A DNA stretch of 64,000 nucleotides from positions 4,306 to 68,305 of the forward strand of contig CAZAEL010000003.1 in assembly GCA_964484135.1 (NCBI GenBank), given 5' to 3'. The notes beneath the pieces were generated by a model. It had not been told where the DNA came from. It saw only the letters and a list, made by a program, of their open reading frames with translations, and ran no database searches. Below, piece after piece: positions 1 through 10,782 of this stretch. Source of the stretch: an uncultured Elusimicrobia bacterium (lineage in GTDB: Bacteria; Elusimicrobiota; Elusimicrobia; FEN-1173). Every line of letters starts with the position of its first letter. Position 1 is the first letter of the stretch. Made by a program: the position numbers and the translations under genes.

Positions 1-2
1 AC

Positions 3-3000
3 GTGTTCGTGCCCATCCTGGCGGAGCTTGACCGGCGGGACGACATCCCTCCCCTCATCAAGGCCCTGGCCATCGAACGATTGCAAATGATGGCCAACGA
101 CGGAGGCTCCGTGGTGGCCGCCACGCTTGACAAAGCCAGCGGGACCTTCGTCCCCAAGCCCTTGGTGCCCAACCTGATCTACCGGGACGGCCGATGGGTG
201 CCTTTGAAGGACATCGCGGGCGACAGGGCCAATCGGGCCAGGGTCTGGGACGTCAGCGTGCAGCAGTATCTCCTCCAGCTTTTCCGCGAAAAACGGTTTG
301 CCGAGCACCTCGGGGTCACCGACGACAATCGCGCCGAGTTCGAGGCGTTCGTCCTGAGCCTGCATCTCTCCCCGGACGATATCGACGACATGATGTCCAT
401 GGACCCCCTGAAGTTCCAAACGGTGCGCCATTCCATGTCCTGGGCCCTGGAACGGATGCTGAAGAACGCCCCCGCCGGCCCCTTCGCGGACAAATTCAAC
501 GCCATTTTCCAGCAGAGAGCCTCCACCCTCATGAAGTTGAACCGCGTCTTCGAAGGGGAAAACCGCGCCATCATCGATGAGCTTGTCGAAGAGGTTTACG
601 ACCACGAGCAGGCGCCGCCGTCCCTGGAGATGTCCGCGGAGGAGCGCCGCAAAGACGTGGTGTTCACCGCGGAACAGGAAATCATGGCCGCCCTCATGCT
701 CCTTCACTACAAGGAAAGCGCGGGCGTGTTCGGTTCCGTCTCCGGCGACGAGATGGACAAAAAGAAGCACATCCGTCAGATCGCGCCCCTGGCGGAATTG
801 ATTTTGAAGCGGGTTTTCTGGACCAACGTCAGCAACGGCATTGACAAGGCTTTCGTGGACTTGAAAAAAGAAGGGCGCTTCAATTATCAGGACGATCAGG
901 GGCCGGTGGCCCATGCCGTAAGGGCCGGGCCCGGATACTTCAACTTGGTTCTCGCCAGCGCCTCCAAGCCCAATTTCGTGGAAGGCATGCTGCAGTCCTT
1001 CGTGACCTTCCGGAACACCGTGGTGATCATGGGCGACAGCATCACGGACCAGGGCAAGTTCCCGGCCGTGTTCTCCGCCCCGCTCCCTTCCGGCATGACG
1101 GCCAAACAGAGAAGGGCCCTCCAAAACATCGAAAGAAAGAAAATCAAGCTTTCCGAAAAAGACGGCGTCCTGACCTTTGAATTCGAAGGGCACATGACGG
1201 CCCAGACCTATGAGCGCCTGAAGAGGTTCTCCGTCGGCGGCCCCGACGTCCAGAGCCGATGGCTTGCCGCGCTGGAGAAAATGTACGGCGCCTCCCGGGC
1301 CATGTACCAGGAGCGGATCGTGCTGCGGGTCCTCCTGGGCGGATTGATCGAGATGAACACCCTGGAGCGGGCCAAGCGCATGGCCGAGGGGCTCCTCCGC
1401 ACCATTTACTACAACGCCCGACTCAACATCATGCGGAACGGGTTCGAGGGTTTGCGCTGGGGCCCCACCGCGTTCTACCCCATCATGCGGTCGATCATCG
1501 ACGTGTCGAAGGGGCGGTACGCCTTCCGTTGGGAGGGGGATTGGGAGCAAAACCGCGACCGGTATGCCCGCCGCATGATCACGTGGCTGAACCAGCACAA
1601 GACGGAAGGCTTCCTCTTCGTGCGCCCGCGGAAACTGAAAAAAGTGGACGACCCCTGGAGGAACGAAAAGAGCCGGGCCGCAAGGCTGGCCGAGGCCCTT
1701 CGTTCCGTCCTCCGCGGAGACGCGGCTTCCGCCGCGGAATTCGAAAAGGGAGGATACGGAAAAAAAGGCTACGGCGTGAAGGCCGGGAGCGCGGTGGACG
1801 GTTCTTTCGCCCTGGAGGGGGAGGAGGGGTATTTCACCGAGCGGGGCCGGGAGGTCTTCCTGAAGACGGTGGAAAGCATGCGGGCCTTTTTCCAGAGGAG
1901 GGAACAGCGCCTCGGCAAACCGATCAAGCTGGTCATCAAACCGGGCATCGGCGGTCAGCACACCCCCTTCCAGGGCATTGCGGGCGCCTTTGAGGTGATA
2001 GATCCGGCCACGGGCAAGGTGGTGGGGGAGTACGAGCTCGGCAAAGACTACGGCCGGTCCCTGGCGGAGTTGTTGAAACGGCACGGCGCCGATTGGGACC
2101 AGGTGGCGGTCATCCCCAGTTCCAAGTCCGGTTCCACGGACGAAACCATGCTGATCTTCGAAGACGTCCTTTACGCTTTGCTGTTGAACGTGGCGGAATC
2201 CCGACAGGCGGGGACGGGGAAGGCTTTCGCCGATCTGGTTTTCGACGTTTTGAACGAGGTGAATTTCAGGGACGGACAGGAACGGTCCGGCAAGGACCTC
2301 TTCAAGGTGGACAGGGAACGCTTCGGCACGGACAGCCTGTTGGAGTTGATTCAGCAGCGGGCCCGGGAAAAGGGTCTCGGCCTGGAGGCGTCCCAGGTCA
2401 AGGACGTCCTCGGCACGGTCCTGGGCAACATGTTCTTTGAGACCACGGACCGTCCGTCGGAAAGCCGGCTTTCCGCTTTCGTGCGCAACTCGGGGCTGGA
2501 CAAGGCCCTGGGGGAGGACGCGCCGGGGTTCGGCGCCATGTTCGACAACGTGGGCGGACGCTGGACCGCGGACCTGCACATGATGACGTTCCTGGCGCGG
2601 CAGGGCACGCCGGAACAGGCGGAGGCTTATTGGGCCGCGCGGGAACGGGGGATGCGCCGGGTCCGCGAGGGGACCCATTTGGGCAACCGGCTGGGAGACA
2701 TGGTTTTGGATCAGGGCGTCACCGATATCGCCCTGGTGGTGCCGGACGAGCTTTTCTGGTTCGGCAAGTCCATCGAGCAGAATTTCAATGAAAGCGTCTG
2801 GCAGAACGGTTTCGCCAACCTGGTGGCCATCAAAGCCTCCCAATGGGAGGCCCAGAAGGACAATTACGCCCACCGTCCCGGGCATCTGGTCATTAACCTC
2901 TCGGACGAGGACATGGACGGTTCCGTCCGGTCCGTGGAGGTGGCGGCGCCCAAGATCAAGGAAGGGGCCGACGTCGAGGAGGTCCTGCTGGGTTTCGCGG

Positions 3001-6000
3001 AGTTGACCACCACTTTCTATGGCATGACCAATACCGTGGGGAACCGGCTCTTGGTTCGGGCGCTGGACGCGGCCCGGCGCATCGCGGCCCAGGGCGATTA
3101 CGCGGCGGTGGCGGCCCTGGTCGCGGTGGAGGGGGCCAAACCCGAGGAGATTCAGAGGACGGAGGCCGACCTCCGGCGGAGATATCCCGCGCCGGCGGCC
3201 CTGGCCGAGGCGTTTTCCGTCGATGTCCTCGATCTCAACGACCTGGACCACCCGGCCACGCGGATTGTGCAGAAGAACCTGTTCCTGCGCCAACCCTACG
3301 TGGAGCTGGGCAAGGGCCTTCTGGAGGAAACGCTCAAGACGGCGCAGAAGGAGAAAACCCTGGAGGCGGATTTGTCGCGGATTCAATCCCAGGCTTCGGA
3401 AGGCCGGGGAGAGACCAACGTCCCGGGCCTGCGGATGCCCGCCGACGGTGTCAGGGACATGAAGGTCCTGGCGGACCTGATCCGCCAGGCCGCGGACCAC
3501 GCCCGGGAGACGGGCCGCAAGTTCGTGCCCTTCATCTATCTGGAGGGGGAAAAGTTCCAGGAACTCAGGGATGCCTTGACCCGGATGGGGTACGAATGGG
3601 TCCTGCAGGGGACCGGGGACCAGCACATCAGTTATCAGCAGGTCCTGGCCCAGCCACAGAAGTACCTGCCTTTCATCATTTCCATGGTGCCGCCCGCGGA
3701 CGTGACCCCGGGCCGGCCGGCCATCGGTTTCGCCAAAGGATACCTCCACAACGTCAGCCCCCATGTGGTGCGGGACTTTTTCGCCCATGCTTCTTACCGG
3801 GCCCTCACGGAACTCAGGGCCGCGCAGGGGGGGCGGGGCGTTTTCCTGCGTTTGTCCGACACGCCGGAGAACGTGCAAATGATAAAGGACGCGGCCAAAG
3901 AGGCTTCGCCCGCGCCTTTGGCCGGCGCCTGGCACGCGGGCGAGGTGGCGGAGCTCTTGGCGCGGGAAGTGCTGCCCAGGGCCGGCCGCGCCACGCTGGC
4001 CCTGACCACCCTGGGCCTGTCGGAAATCCTCGCGCTGCTCCGGGACGTGGAACGGGGCGTGAGCGGGGCCGAGGACCGTTTGCTGGGCGAGATTCAAAAA
4101 CTGCCCGAGAACGTCCAGTTCCTGCTCCTGCACAACGTGGCCCTGGCCCACACCGTCAAATTGAGCGGCGCTTCCGAACAGGGTTTGCGGGACAAAATTT
4201 CGGAGGTGGCCGGCAGGATGGGCGCCACGGTCGGCTCCGTCCAGAGGGAGGGAGACGCCCTCCTGGTGACGCTCGATCGCGATGGGCGGGCCGCGTCCGT
4301 CCGGATTTCCCTTTCGGACGTGCCTTCCTTCTTCGAACGCACGGACTTGCACGCTTTGGGCACCATCCGCGGCCCCACGGATCAGGACCCGTCTTACTAT
4401 GGAATGACCCTCCAAGCGGCCCTGTTCGACCGCCGCCTCAATTCCGCCGATGATTTCTCCAATCTCGAAGACGTCCTTGAACATGAATTCCGCGAAATTT
4501 TCATCTGGACTCAAGATCCCAACATGGGGCCGGAGCAGGCCCATCAAGCCGCTATGTCCGAGCAAGACGCGGGGGCGCCGGCCCGGATCGAGGCGGCCTT
4601 GGACGAACTGGTCGAGAGGCAGGGTCAGGCCCCGGGGTGGGTCCATCTCCAGGGATTCGTAAACAGGGAGCTGTGGGGCCGGTTCTTCCAGAACCTTCGG
4701 TCCCTGCCATACAACATCCGGGTCTATGTCCTTTTCAACGTGGCCCGCGGGAACCGGCTCTTTTTCCGGGCCAACGACCGGCGGATCTTGGCGGACGCCT
4801 TCCGGCAGATCGGAGTGCAAGCGAAGGAGATGCGGGGCACCGGTCGGGAAGCCATCTATCGGGTCAATCTGGAGGGGCGGGAGGCGGTGGTTCGAGTGTC
4901 CCAAACAAACGTGCTGCCTTTCCTGCGGGGCCCCACCACCCTGGCGGTCACCAGCGGGCCCGGCGGCGACGCCTATCAGATCGTCTTGAGCCGGGCGCTT
5001 TTTGACAGCGGCGACCGGCAAGCGGTGGCCGATCTGTTGCGTTTCCAAATGGCCAAGATCATCGCTCATCGGGGCGGCCAGGCCCCGGATGCGGGTTTCT
5101 CGTCCGCTTTGGGGCAGGTGGGCCATCGGCCCGTTGAGAGAGCTGTGGAATCGCAGCAACGGCACGCGGCGAGTCCCCGGGTTCCGGGCCTTTTGGAAGC
5201 CGTCAGCGGGAACGCGGAGGCGCGGGAACGGCTGATCGAGGCGGCCCAGCCCGCCATGGATTACCTCTCTCAAGGGGACCTTTTCCCCGGCCAGACGGGG
5301 ACCGATGTGGGCGCCTTTGTGGTCATGGGCAACCCGGACCTGGAAGCTCTGGTCCTTTTTGCCCAGGATTGGGTCCGTGGGGATCAGAAACCGCCCATCG
5401 TGCTGGTGGGCGGCCGCGGACGGGGGACGCCGGTCCTGGCGAAGAAGGCCCTCCTGCGGTACGGCGGACGGCTCTCTGCTCGGGAGCGCGCGGTTCTGTC
5501 GAACACGGATGCGACGGAGACCGAGATCATGCGGATCGTCTTTGAAAAAGAAGGGGTGCCCGCCGGTTCCCTCCATCCGGAGGCCGTGCCGTCAGGCAAC
5601 ACCCGAACCAACCTGCAGAACGCCCGGAGCGTCCTGGAGAGCCTGGGGATTCCGTCGAGCGTGAACGTGGCGCTGGTGACCTCTCCGCGCCTGTTGCGCC
5701 GGGCCCAGGCCACGGCCCGCACAGAGTGGAAAGAAAATGGGTGGAACGCGCTTCGGTTCCGATCCTACCACCCGGATTTGACCCAACTTTCTGACGCCGA
5801 GCTGGTGGAGATGCTGAGCTATGTGGTGGGGGTCCCCGCTTCCGTCTTGCAGAGGTTCCCCGGCGCAGACCTCAACACGGGCAATGAGTTCCGGGGAATC
5901 GCGGACATGGAAGGAAGGAAGGACAGGCCGTTAAGAAAAGACGAGGCCGCTCTTTTGAATCAAACCTTGGACGCTTTTGAGCAGTTCCTCCGGGATCTTC

Positions 6001-7178
6001 CCGTGGCCGCGGATTCCGACAGGCGGACCCTGGCCCTGGCCGATGCGCCTTCCGAGGGGGTGGCGGAGTTGGTCGCGCCGGTGCGGAGGATGTTGCGGCG
6101 CCTGGATCTGCCGCGGGACGTCTCCTCCGCCCTGACCGATGAGGACATGGACCGGCTTCTGCGGGAACTGCGGCTGTGGTCCCTCTTCTTCGGCCCGGAG
6201 CAGGCGGCCTTGACGGAGCCCTCCGTGATGCAAGAGCAGTTGTTGCGCGGCCTGCCCTATGCGGCGGACGCGGAACTGCCGGTGATCGCGGACCGCCTGG
6301 CGGCCCTGAACCTGTCGGGTCGTACGGATGAATTGGGCCGCATGGAGAAATTCGCCGAAGCCGTGGAAAAGGACGAGAAGGTCCTGGAGGCCTTCGCGCC
6401 TTTTCTGGTCAAGGCCCTCCTGGAGGAGGGGCGGCGACAGGGACAGTTGGGCGGATCTCTTGAGACAAGCCAAAGGACCCATTTCCAGCCTTTGGCCGAG
6501 ACCCTTTTGGCCCTGGGCGCCCGGGCGGGCTTGAGGGCGGACGAAGGTTACGAAAATTTCGTCGAATGGCTCAGGGCCGTTTATGTGGACGGTTTCAAGC
6601 AAGGACAGGAACGGTTGGCCCTTTTGACACAGGACGTGGTGGGCAAAGGCAAGCCCGCCACCACCGCCGATCCCGCCCGGATGAACGTGAGCGTTTTCCA
6701 CGTGACGGGGGTGGATTCGGCGGCGGAGATCGACCATCTGGCCGATATCTACGCCCAAAAGTTCGAGAACGCGGACCGACAGCAGCTGGACAAGTTCGGC
6801 GCCGTGATCTTCGCCCACCCCGGCGTGGATGCGGAAAAGCTCAAGGGGCGGTTCCTGCAGAAGCTCCGGGACAAGGGCCTTGATCTGGGGGTGGTCGGAA
6901 AAAACACCGTGGTGCTTCCGGCCGTGGGCAGCCTGGTGGGAGAACGGATCGACATGGACCGCATGTTCCAGGCCATCCAGGAGAGCTTCAAGGCCCAGAA
7001 CGCCACCGTGGGCCAGATGCAGATCTTCAGCGCCCAGCCCACCCTTTTCATCGAATCCTGGCGCCAGGACATCGCCTGGGTGCTTTACCAGGTCCTGCCG
7101 GACGGCAAGCTCCTGCAGGCTTCCCGCAGCGTGGAGGAGAGCCTCAGGGCCATCCTCTACATCCAGCAACAGGCCTAA
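3..7178 (+). CDS. Giant multidomain protein (5'-truncated, >2391 aa) with a PGI-like double-SIS domain and a YdcF/DUF218-like domain; function unknown
   Basis: Uninterrupted 7.2 kb frame, so not a GC artefact. PGI-like motifs appear at nt ~1900-2700: VIKPGIGGQ (PGI: IGIGGS), VIPSSKSGSTDETM (PGI: SKTFTTQETM), DNVGGRWTADLHMMTF (PGI: GGRYSLWSAIG). YdcF/DUF218-like motifs appear at nt ~5395-5720: IVLVGGRGRG, SGNTRTNLQNA, VALVTSPRLLRRA. The remaining ~1700 aa have no recognisable family. Confidence 0.6.
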   Translation: MFVPILAELDRRDDIPPLIKALAIERLQMMANDGGSVVAATLDKASGTFVPKPLVPNLIYRDGRWVPLKDIAGDRANRARVWDVSVQQYLLQLFREKRFAEHLGVTDDNRAEFEAFVLSLHLSPDDIDDMMSMDPLKFQTVRHSMSWALERMLKNAPAGPFADKFNAIFQQRASTLMKLNRVFEGENRAIIDELVEEVYDHEQAPPSLEMSAEERRKDVVFTAEQEIMAALMLLHYKESAGVFGSVSGDEMDKKKHIRQIAPLAELILKRVFWTNVSNGIDKAFVDLKKEGRFNYQDDQGPVAHAVRAGPGYFNLVLASASKPNFVEGMLQSFVTFRNTVVIMGDSITDQGKFPAVFSAPLPSGMTAKQRRALQNIERKKIKLSEKDGVLTFEFEGHMTAQTYERLKRFSVGGPDVQSRWLAALEKMYGASRAMYQERIVLRVLLGGLIEMNTLERAKRMAEGLLRTIYYNARLNIMRNGFEGLRWGPTAFYPIMRSIIDVSKGRYAFRWEGDWEQNRDRYARRMITWLNQHKTEGFLFVRPRKLKKVDDPWRNEKSRAARLAEALRSVLRGDAASAAEFEKGGYGKKGYGVKAGSAVDGSFALEGEEGYFTERGREVFLKTVESMRAFFQRREQRLGKPIKLVIKPGIGGQHTPFQGIAGAFEVIDPATGKVVGEYELGKDYGRSLAELLKRHGADWDQVAVIPSSKSGSTDETMLIFEDVLYALLLNVAESRQAGTGKAFADLVFDVLNEVNFRDGQERSGKDLFKVDRERFGTDSLLELIQQRAREKGLGLEASQVKDVLGTVLGNMFFETTDRPSESRLSAFVRNSGLDKALGEDAPGFGAMFDNVGGRWTADLHMMTFLARQGTPEQAEAYWAARERGMRRVREGTHLGNRLGDMVLDQGVTDIALVVPDELFWFGKSIEQNFNESVWQNGFANLVAIKASQWEAQKDNYAHRPGHLVINLSDEDMDGSVRSVEVAAPKIKEGADVEEVLLGFAELTTTFYGMTNTVGNRLLVRALDAARRIAAQGDYAAVAALVAVEGAKPEEIQRTEADLRRRYPAPAALAEAFSVDVLDLNDLDHPATRIVQKNLFLRQPYVELGKGLLEETLKTAQKEKTLEADLSRIQSQASEGRGETNVPGLRMPADGVRDMKVLADLIRQAADHARETGRKFVPFIYLEGEKFQELRDALTRMGYEWVLQGTGDQHISYQQVLAQPQKYLPFIISMVPPADVTPGRPAIGFAKGYLHNVSPHVVRDFFAHASYRALTELRAAQGGRGVFLRLSDTPENVQMIKDAAKEASPAPLAGAWHAGEVAELLAREVLPRAGRATLALTTLGLSEILALLRDVERGVSGAEDRLLGEIQKLPENVQFLLLHNVALAHTVKLSGASEQGLRDKISEVAGRMGATVGSVQREGDALLVTLDRDGRAASVRISLSDVPSFFERTDLHALGTIRGPTDQDPSYYGMTLQAALFDRRLNSADDFSNLEDVLEHEFREIFIWTQDPNMGPEQAHQAAMSEQDAGAPARIEAALDELVERQGQAPGWVHLQGFVNRELWGRFFQNLRSLPYNIRVYVLFNVARGNRLFFRANDRRILADAFRQIGVQAKEMRGTGREAIYRVNLEGREAVVRVSQTNVLPFLRGPTTLAVTSGPGGDAYQIVLSRALFDSGDRQAVADLLRFQMAKIIAHRGGQAPDAGFSSALGQVGHRPVERAVESQQRHAASPRVPGLLEAVSGNAEARERLIEAAQPAMDYLSQGDLFPGQTGTDVGAFVVMGNPDLEALVLFAQDWVRGDQKPPIVLVGGRGRGTPVLAKKALLRYGGRLSARERAVLSNTDATETEIMRIVFEKEGVPAGSLHPEAVPSGNTRTNLQNARSVLESLGIPSSVNVALVTSPRLLRRAQATARTEWKENGWNALRFRSYHPDLTQLSDAELVEMLSYVVGVPASVLQRFPGADLNTGNEFRGIADMEGRKDRPLRKDEAALLNQTLDAFEQFLRDLPVAADSDRRTLALADAPSEGVAELVAPVRRMLRRLDLPRDVSSALTDEDMDRLLRELRLWSLFFGPEQAALTEPSVMQEQLLRGLPYAADAELPVIADRLAALNLSGRTDELGRMEKFAEAVEKDEKVLEAFAPFLVKALLEEGRRQGQLGGSLETSQRTHFQPLAETLLALGARAGLRADEGYENFVEWLRAVYVDGFKQGQERLALLTQDVVGKGKPATTADPARMNVSVFHVTGVDSAAEIDHLADIYAQKFENADRQQLDKFGAVIFAHPGVDAEKLKGRFLQKLRDKGLDLGVVGKNTVVLPAVGSLVGERIDMDRMFQAIQESFKAQNATVGQMQIFSAQPTLFIESWRQDIAWVLYQVLPDGKLLQASRSVEESLRAILYIQQQA

Positions 7179-7254
7179 TCCAACAGACATTTCAGGTCTT
7201 TTTTCAACGGGCTCGGGGCTTCCCGCCGGGGAGGGGACTTTTTGTCCGGCCGGT

Positions 7255-7283
7255 TTGACAAGCCATCCCCGTTAAAATACAAT
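7255..7283 (+). promoter_or_regulatory. Near-consensus sigma70 promoter upstream of icd: TTGACA-N17-TACAAT
   Basis: TTGACA at 7255-7260, a 17-nt spacer, then TACAAT at 7278-7283. A GGGAGAAGGA Shine-Dalgarno sits before the ATG at 7336. The AT-rich island stands out in a GC-rich genome. Confidence 0.5.
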
Positions 7284-7335
7284 CGAAAAAATCAATCTTT
7301 TCATCTATACTTCAAGGGAGAAGGAAACAACCCGA

Positions 7336-8414
<1,079 letters not shown>

Positions 8415-8418
<4 letters not shown>

Positions 8419-8915
8419 CGAAAACCCGGGAACAGGCGCCGGCCCCCGAGGGCGCGGCGTCCTTGAACGAGGAGATCACCTGCGTCATCGTCAAACCGGA
8501 CGGCGTGGGCAAGCGGGTGGTGGGGAAGATCATCGACCGGTTTGAGAGCGAGGGGTTCCAGCTCCTGGCCATGAAAACGGTGCGTCCCACGCCCGCCTTG
8601 ATGGAGGAGTTCTACGCGGAGCACAAGGGCAAGCCCTTTTTCCCGCCGTTCCTGCGTTTCGTGACCTCCGGTCCCTTGGTGGTCACGGCCTGGCGCGGGG
8701 CCGGCGCGGTGGCCCGCGTGCGGCAGATCATCGGCGCCACCAACTCCCCGGAGGCCGCCCCCGGGACCCTGCGCAGGACCTGGGGCACGGACAACCGCCG
8801 CAACCTGGTGCACGCCTCGGATTCCTCCAAGAGCGCGGCGCGGGAGGTGGCTTTCTTTTTCTCGCCGGAGGACGCGGCCCCCTACGACGGGGACGCCTGG
8901 CAGAAAGCGGGGTAA
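8415..8915 (+). CDS. ndk: Nucleoside diphosphate kinase
   Basis: [12 protein letters not shown]-like N-terminus ([21 protein letters not shown]), NLVHASDS active-site His region. Its ATGA start overlaps the icd stop. Confidence 0.85.
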
Positions 8916-8921
8916 GAGCGG

Positions 8922-9350
8922 ATGGCGGGCGGCAGTTCGGACAAACGCATCGTCCTGATCGCGGACGACGAGCCCGATTCCCTGGAGATGCTGAAGATCC
9001 TGGTGGAGCGTCACGGCCACGAGGTGGTGACCGCGGCCAACGGCCGGGAGGCCATCGACCGGGTGGTGGACCTGCAGCCGGACCTGGTGCTCCTGGACGT
9101 CATGATGCCCGGGGTGGACGGCGCCACGGTCTGCCAGCACATCAAGAGCAACGACATGCTCAAGCGGATCAAGGTGATCCTGTACACCGCCAAAGAGAAG
9201 GTGCAGGGGCGGGAGGCCGCCAAGAAAGCCGGGGCCGACGCCTTCCTGGCCAAACCCTTTGAGCCGGAGGAGCTCTGGGAGGTCATGACCCGCCTTCTGG
9301 CCCAACAGGACAAAGAGAGCCCCAAGCTCGTCAAAAAGCTGGGGTTGTAG
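8922..9350 (+). CDS. Stand-alone response regulator receiver (CheY-like) protein
   Basis: RIVLIADDEPDSLEML ... LVLLDVMMPGVDG ... KPFEPEEL REC-domain pattern. No output domain. Confidence 0.8.
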   Translation: MAGGSSDKRIVLIADDEPDSLEMLKILVERHGHEVVTAANGREAIDRVVDLQPDLVLLDVMMPGVDGATVCQHIKSNDMLKRIKVILYTAKEKVQGREAAKKAGADAFLAKPFEPEELWEVMTRLLAQQDKESPKLVKKLGL

Positions 9351-9391
9351 AAACCGTCGGACGGGATTGACCGGACCAAACCAAGGCCCCC

Positions 9392-9439
9392 GTTCCGGCG
9401 CCGCGACACCCCCTCCGGGGAGCGTTGGCGCGCCGGAAC
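9392..9439 (+). repeat. Perfect 10-bp inverted repeat (GTTCCGGCGC ... GCGCCGGAAC) enclosing an inner CCCC/GGGG hairpin; structured element after the receiver gene
   Basis: Arms at 9392-9401 and 9430-9439 are exact reverse complements. No U-run follows, so a canonical intrinsic terminator is unlikely. Confidence 0.4.
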
Positions 9440-9501
9440 AAGGGCGGGCGGCCTAAAACTTCCGAACACGAAAAAATGATTCTTGAGGCCACCCATTTCC
9501 C

Positions 9502-10782
9502 ATGAATCACCAAAGTAAAGCGGTTGAGCTGAACCTCTGGGTCATGCCCAACGCCGGATTCGGAACCCGTCGCATATTGGAGGGCCTCCTGCGGCGGTTC
9601 CATCAGGCCAACCCCCGCATCCGGGTCCGCACCTGGACCTTCCCCTTTTCCATCGTTTGGGACCGCCTCATGACCGGTCTGAAGCGTCCCCATTGGCCCA
9701 TTTACCCGGACGTGCTCCAGATCGGCAGCACCTGGACCTGCACCCTGGCGTTTTTGGGGGGTCTCAGGGAGCTCACCCCCCGGTTGGATGAGCTGGACCG
9801 GGACAACTTCATCCCCACGGTCCTGGAATCCTGCTATCTGCCCCACACCCGCCGGCTCTTCGCGGTCCCCTGGTTCATGGACCTGCGTCTCCTCTATTAC
9901 CGCCGCGACATCCTGAAGTCCTTGGGGATCAAGCCGGGGGACCTGGACACCTGGGAGTCCTTTCGCCGCGTCTGCCATCGGATCACCCGGGCCCGGGGGC
10001 GGCACCGGAACCTCTATACCCTGGCCATGTCCGGGCAAAAGGGGGAGGTTTTGATCCATGACCTGGCGCCCTGGATCTGGGGGGGCGGGGGGGAGTTCTT
10101 CACCGCGGACGACCGCCACACGGCTTTTGACCGGCCGGAAGCCATGGAGGGGCTGAAGTTTTTTTTCTCCCTCATGGTGGACGGCTGCATCCCGCTCCTG
10201 GGGCGGGACCGGTTCGCTTCCGGAAACTTTTTCAGCGGGCATTCGGTCCTGCAGTTTTCAGGCACATGGCCCCTCAACAGCTATTTCCGGCCCGGACACA
10301 AGCTTTACCGGCCCGAGGTGGCGGGCAATTTCGGCACGGCGCCCTTTCCCCTGGGGCCGGCGGGCCGTTTCACCTTCCTGGGCGGAAGCCACCTGGCCAT
10401 CTCCGCCATGACGCGGTACCCCGACGAAAGCTGGGCCCTCCTGCGTTTTTTGAGTTCGCCCCAGGCCCAGTTGGAGCACGCCAAGGCCATCGGCATGCTC
10501 CCCTGCCGCCAGTCGGAGCTGCCGGGCCTGTTCTCCGGCCGGAAGGAGTCGGGCCTGTTCGCCGGGCACGAGGAGGCCGGGCGGGTCTTCCTGGAATCCC
10601 TGACCTACGCCCGCCTCCTGCCCCAGGTGCCCACCCTGGGGACCCTGGAGCGCATGTTCGTCCGCTGCACCTCGGACATCGTCAAGATGATCGTGAAGAA
10701 GGAGTACACCGTCCAGAAGCTGCAGGAATGCGTGCGCGAGTCGGCCCAGGAAAGCAATTACATCCTGTCCCTCTATGGCTAG
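9502..10782 (+). CDS. Periplasmic-binding-protein-like (solute-binding protein family 1, MalE/sugar-SBP-like) protein lacking a signal peptide
   Basis: LWVMPN ... VPWFMDLRLLYYRRDIL ... SBP_bac_1-like pattern. The N-terminus MNHQSKAVELNLW is not hydrophobic. An in-frame TGA 18 nt upstream of the ATG prevents N-terminal extension. Confidence 0.6.
   Translation: MNHQSKAVELNLWVMPNAGFGTRRILEGLLRRFHQANPRIRVRTWTFPFSIVWDRLMTGLKRPHWPIYPDVLQIGSTWTCTLAFLGGLRELTPRLDELDRDNFIPTVLESCYLPHTRRLFAVPWFMDLRLLYYRRDILKSLGIKPGDLDTWESFRRVCHRITRARGRHRNLYTLAMSGQKGEVLIHDLAPWIWGGGGEFFTADDRHTAFDRPEAMEGLKFFFSLMVDGCIPLLGRDRFASGNFFSGHSVLQFSGTWPLNSYFRPGHKLYRPEVAGNFGTAPFPLGPAGRFTFLGGSHLAISAMTRYPDESWALLRFLSSPQAQLEHAKAIGMLPCRQSELPGLFSGRKESGLFAGHEEAGRVFLESLTYARLLPQVPTLGTLERMFVRCTSDIVKMIVKKEYTVQKLQECVRESAQESNYILSLYG

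Noticed and set aside
5931-7190. Long minus-strand ORFs antisense to real genes across the window (e.g. 5931-7190, 7312-8319, 8325-9305, 9331-10242, 10682-12370, 12470-13327, 13797-15020, 15553-16617, 17555-18808, 18820-20433, 20479-21897, 25059-26402, 37696-40035, 50916-52796) and overlapping +-strand ORFs in alternate frames (e.g. 1259-1993, 3596-4453, 10858-11742, 40554-42218, 43669-44571)
   Set aside because: High GC makes stop codons rare in all frames. These translate to Arg/Gly/Pro/Ala-rich low-complexity sequence with no recognisable domains and lie opposite or in alternate frame to strongly supported genes.
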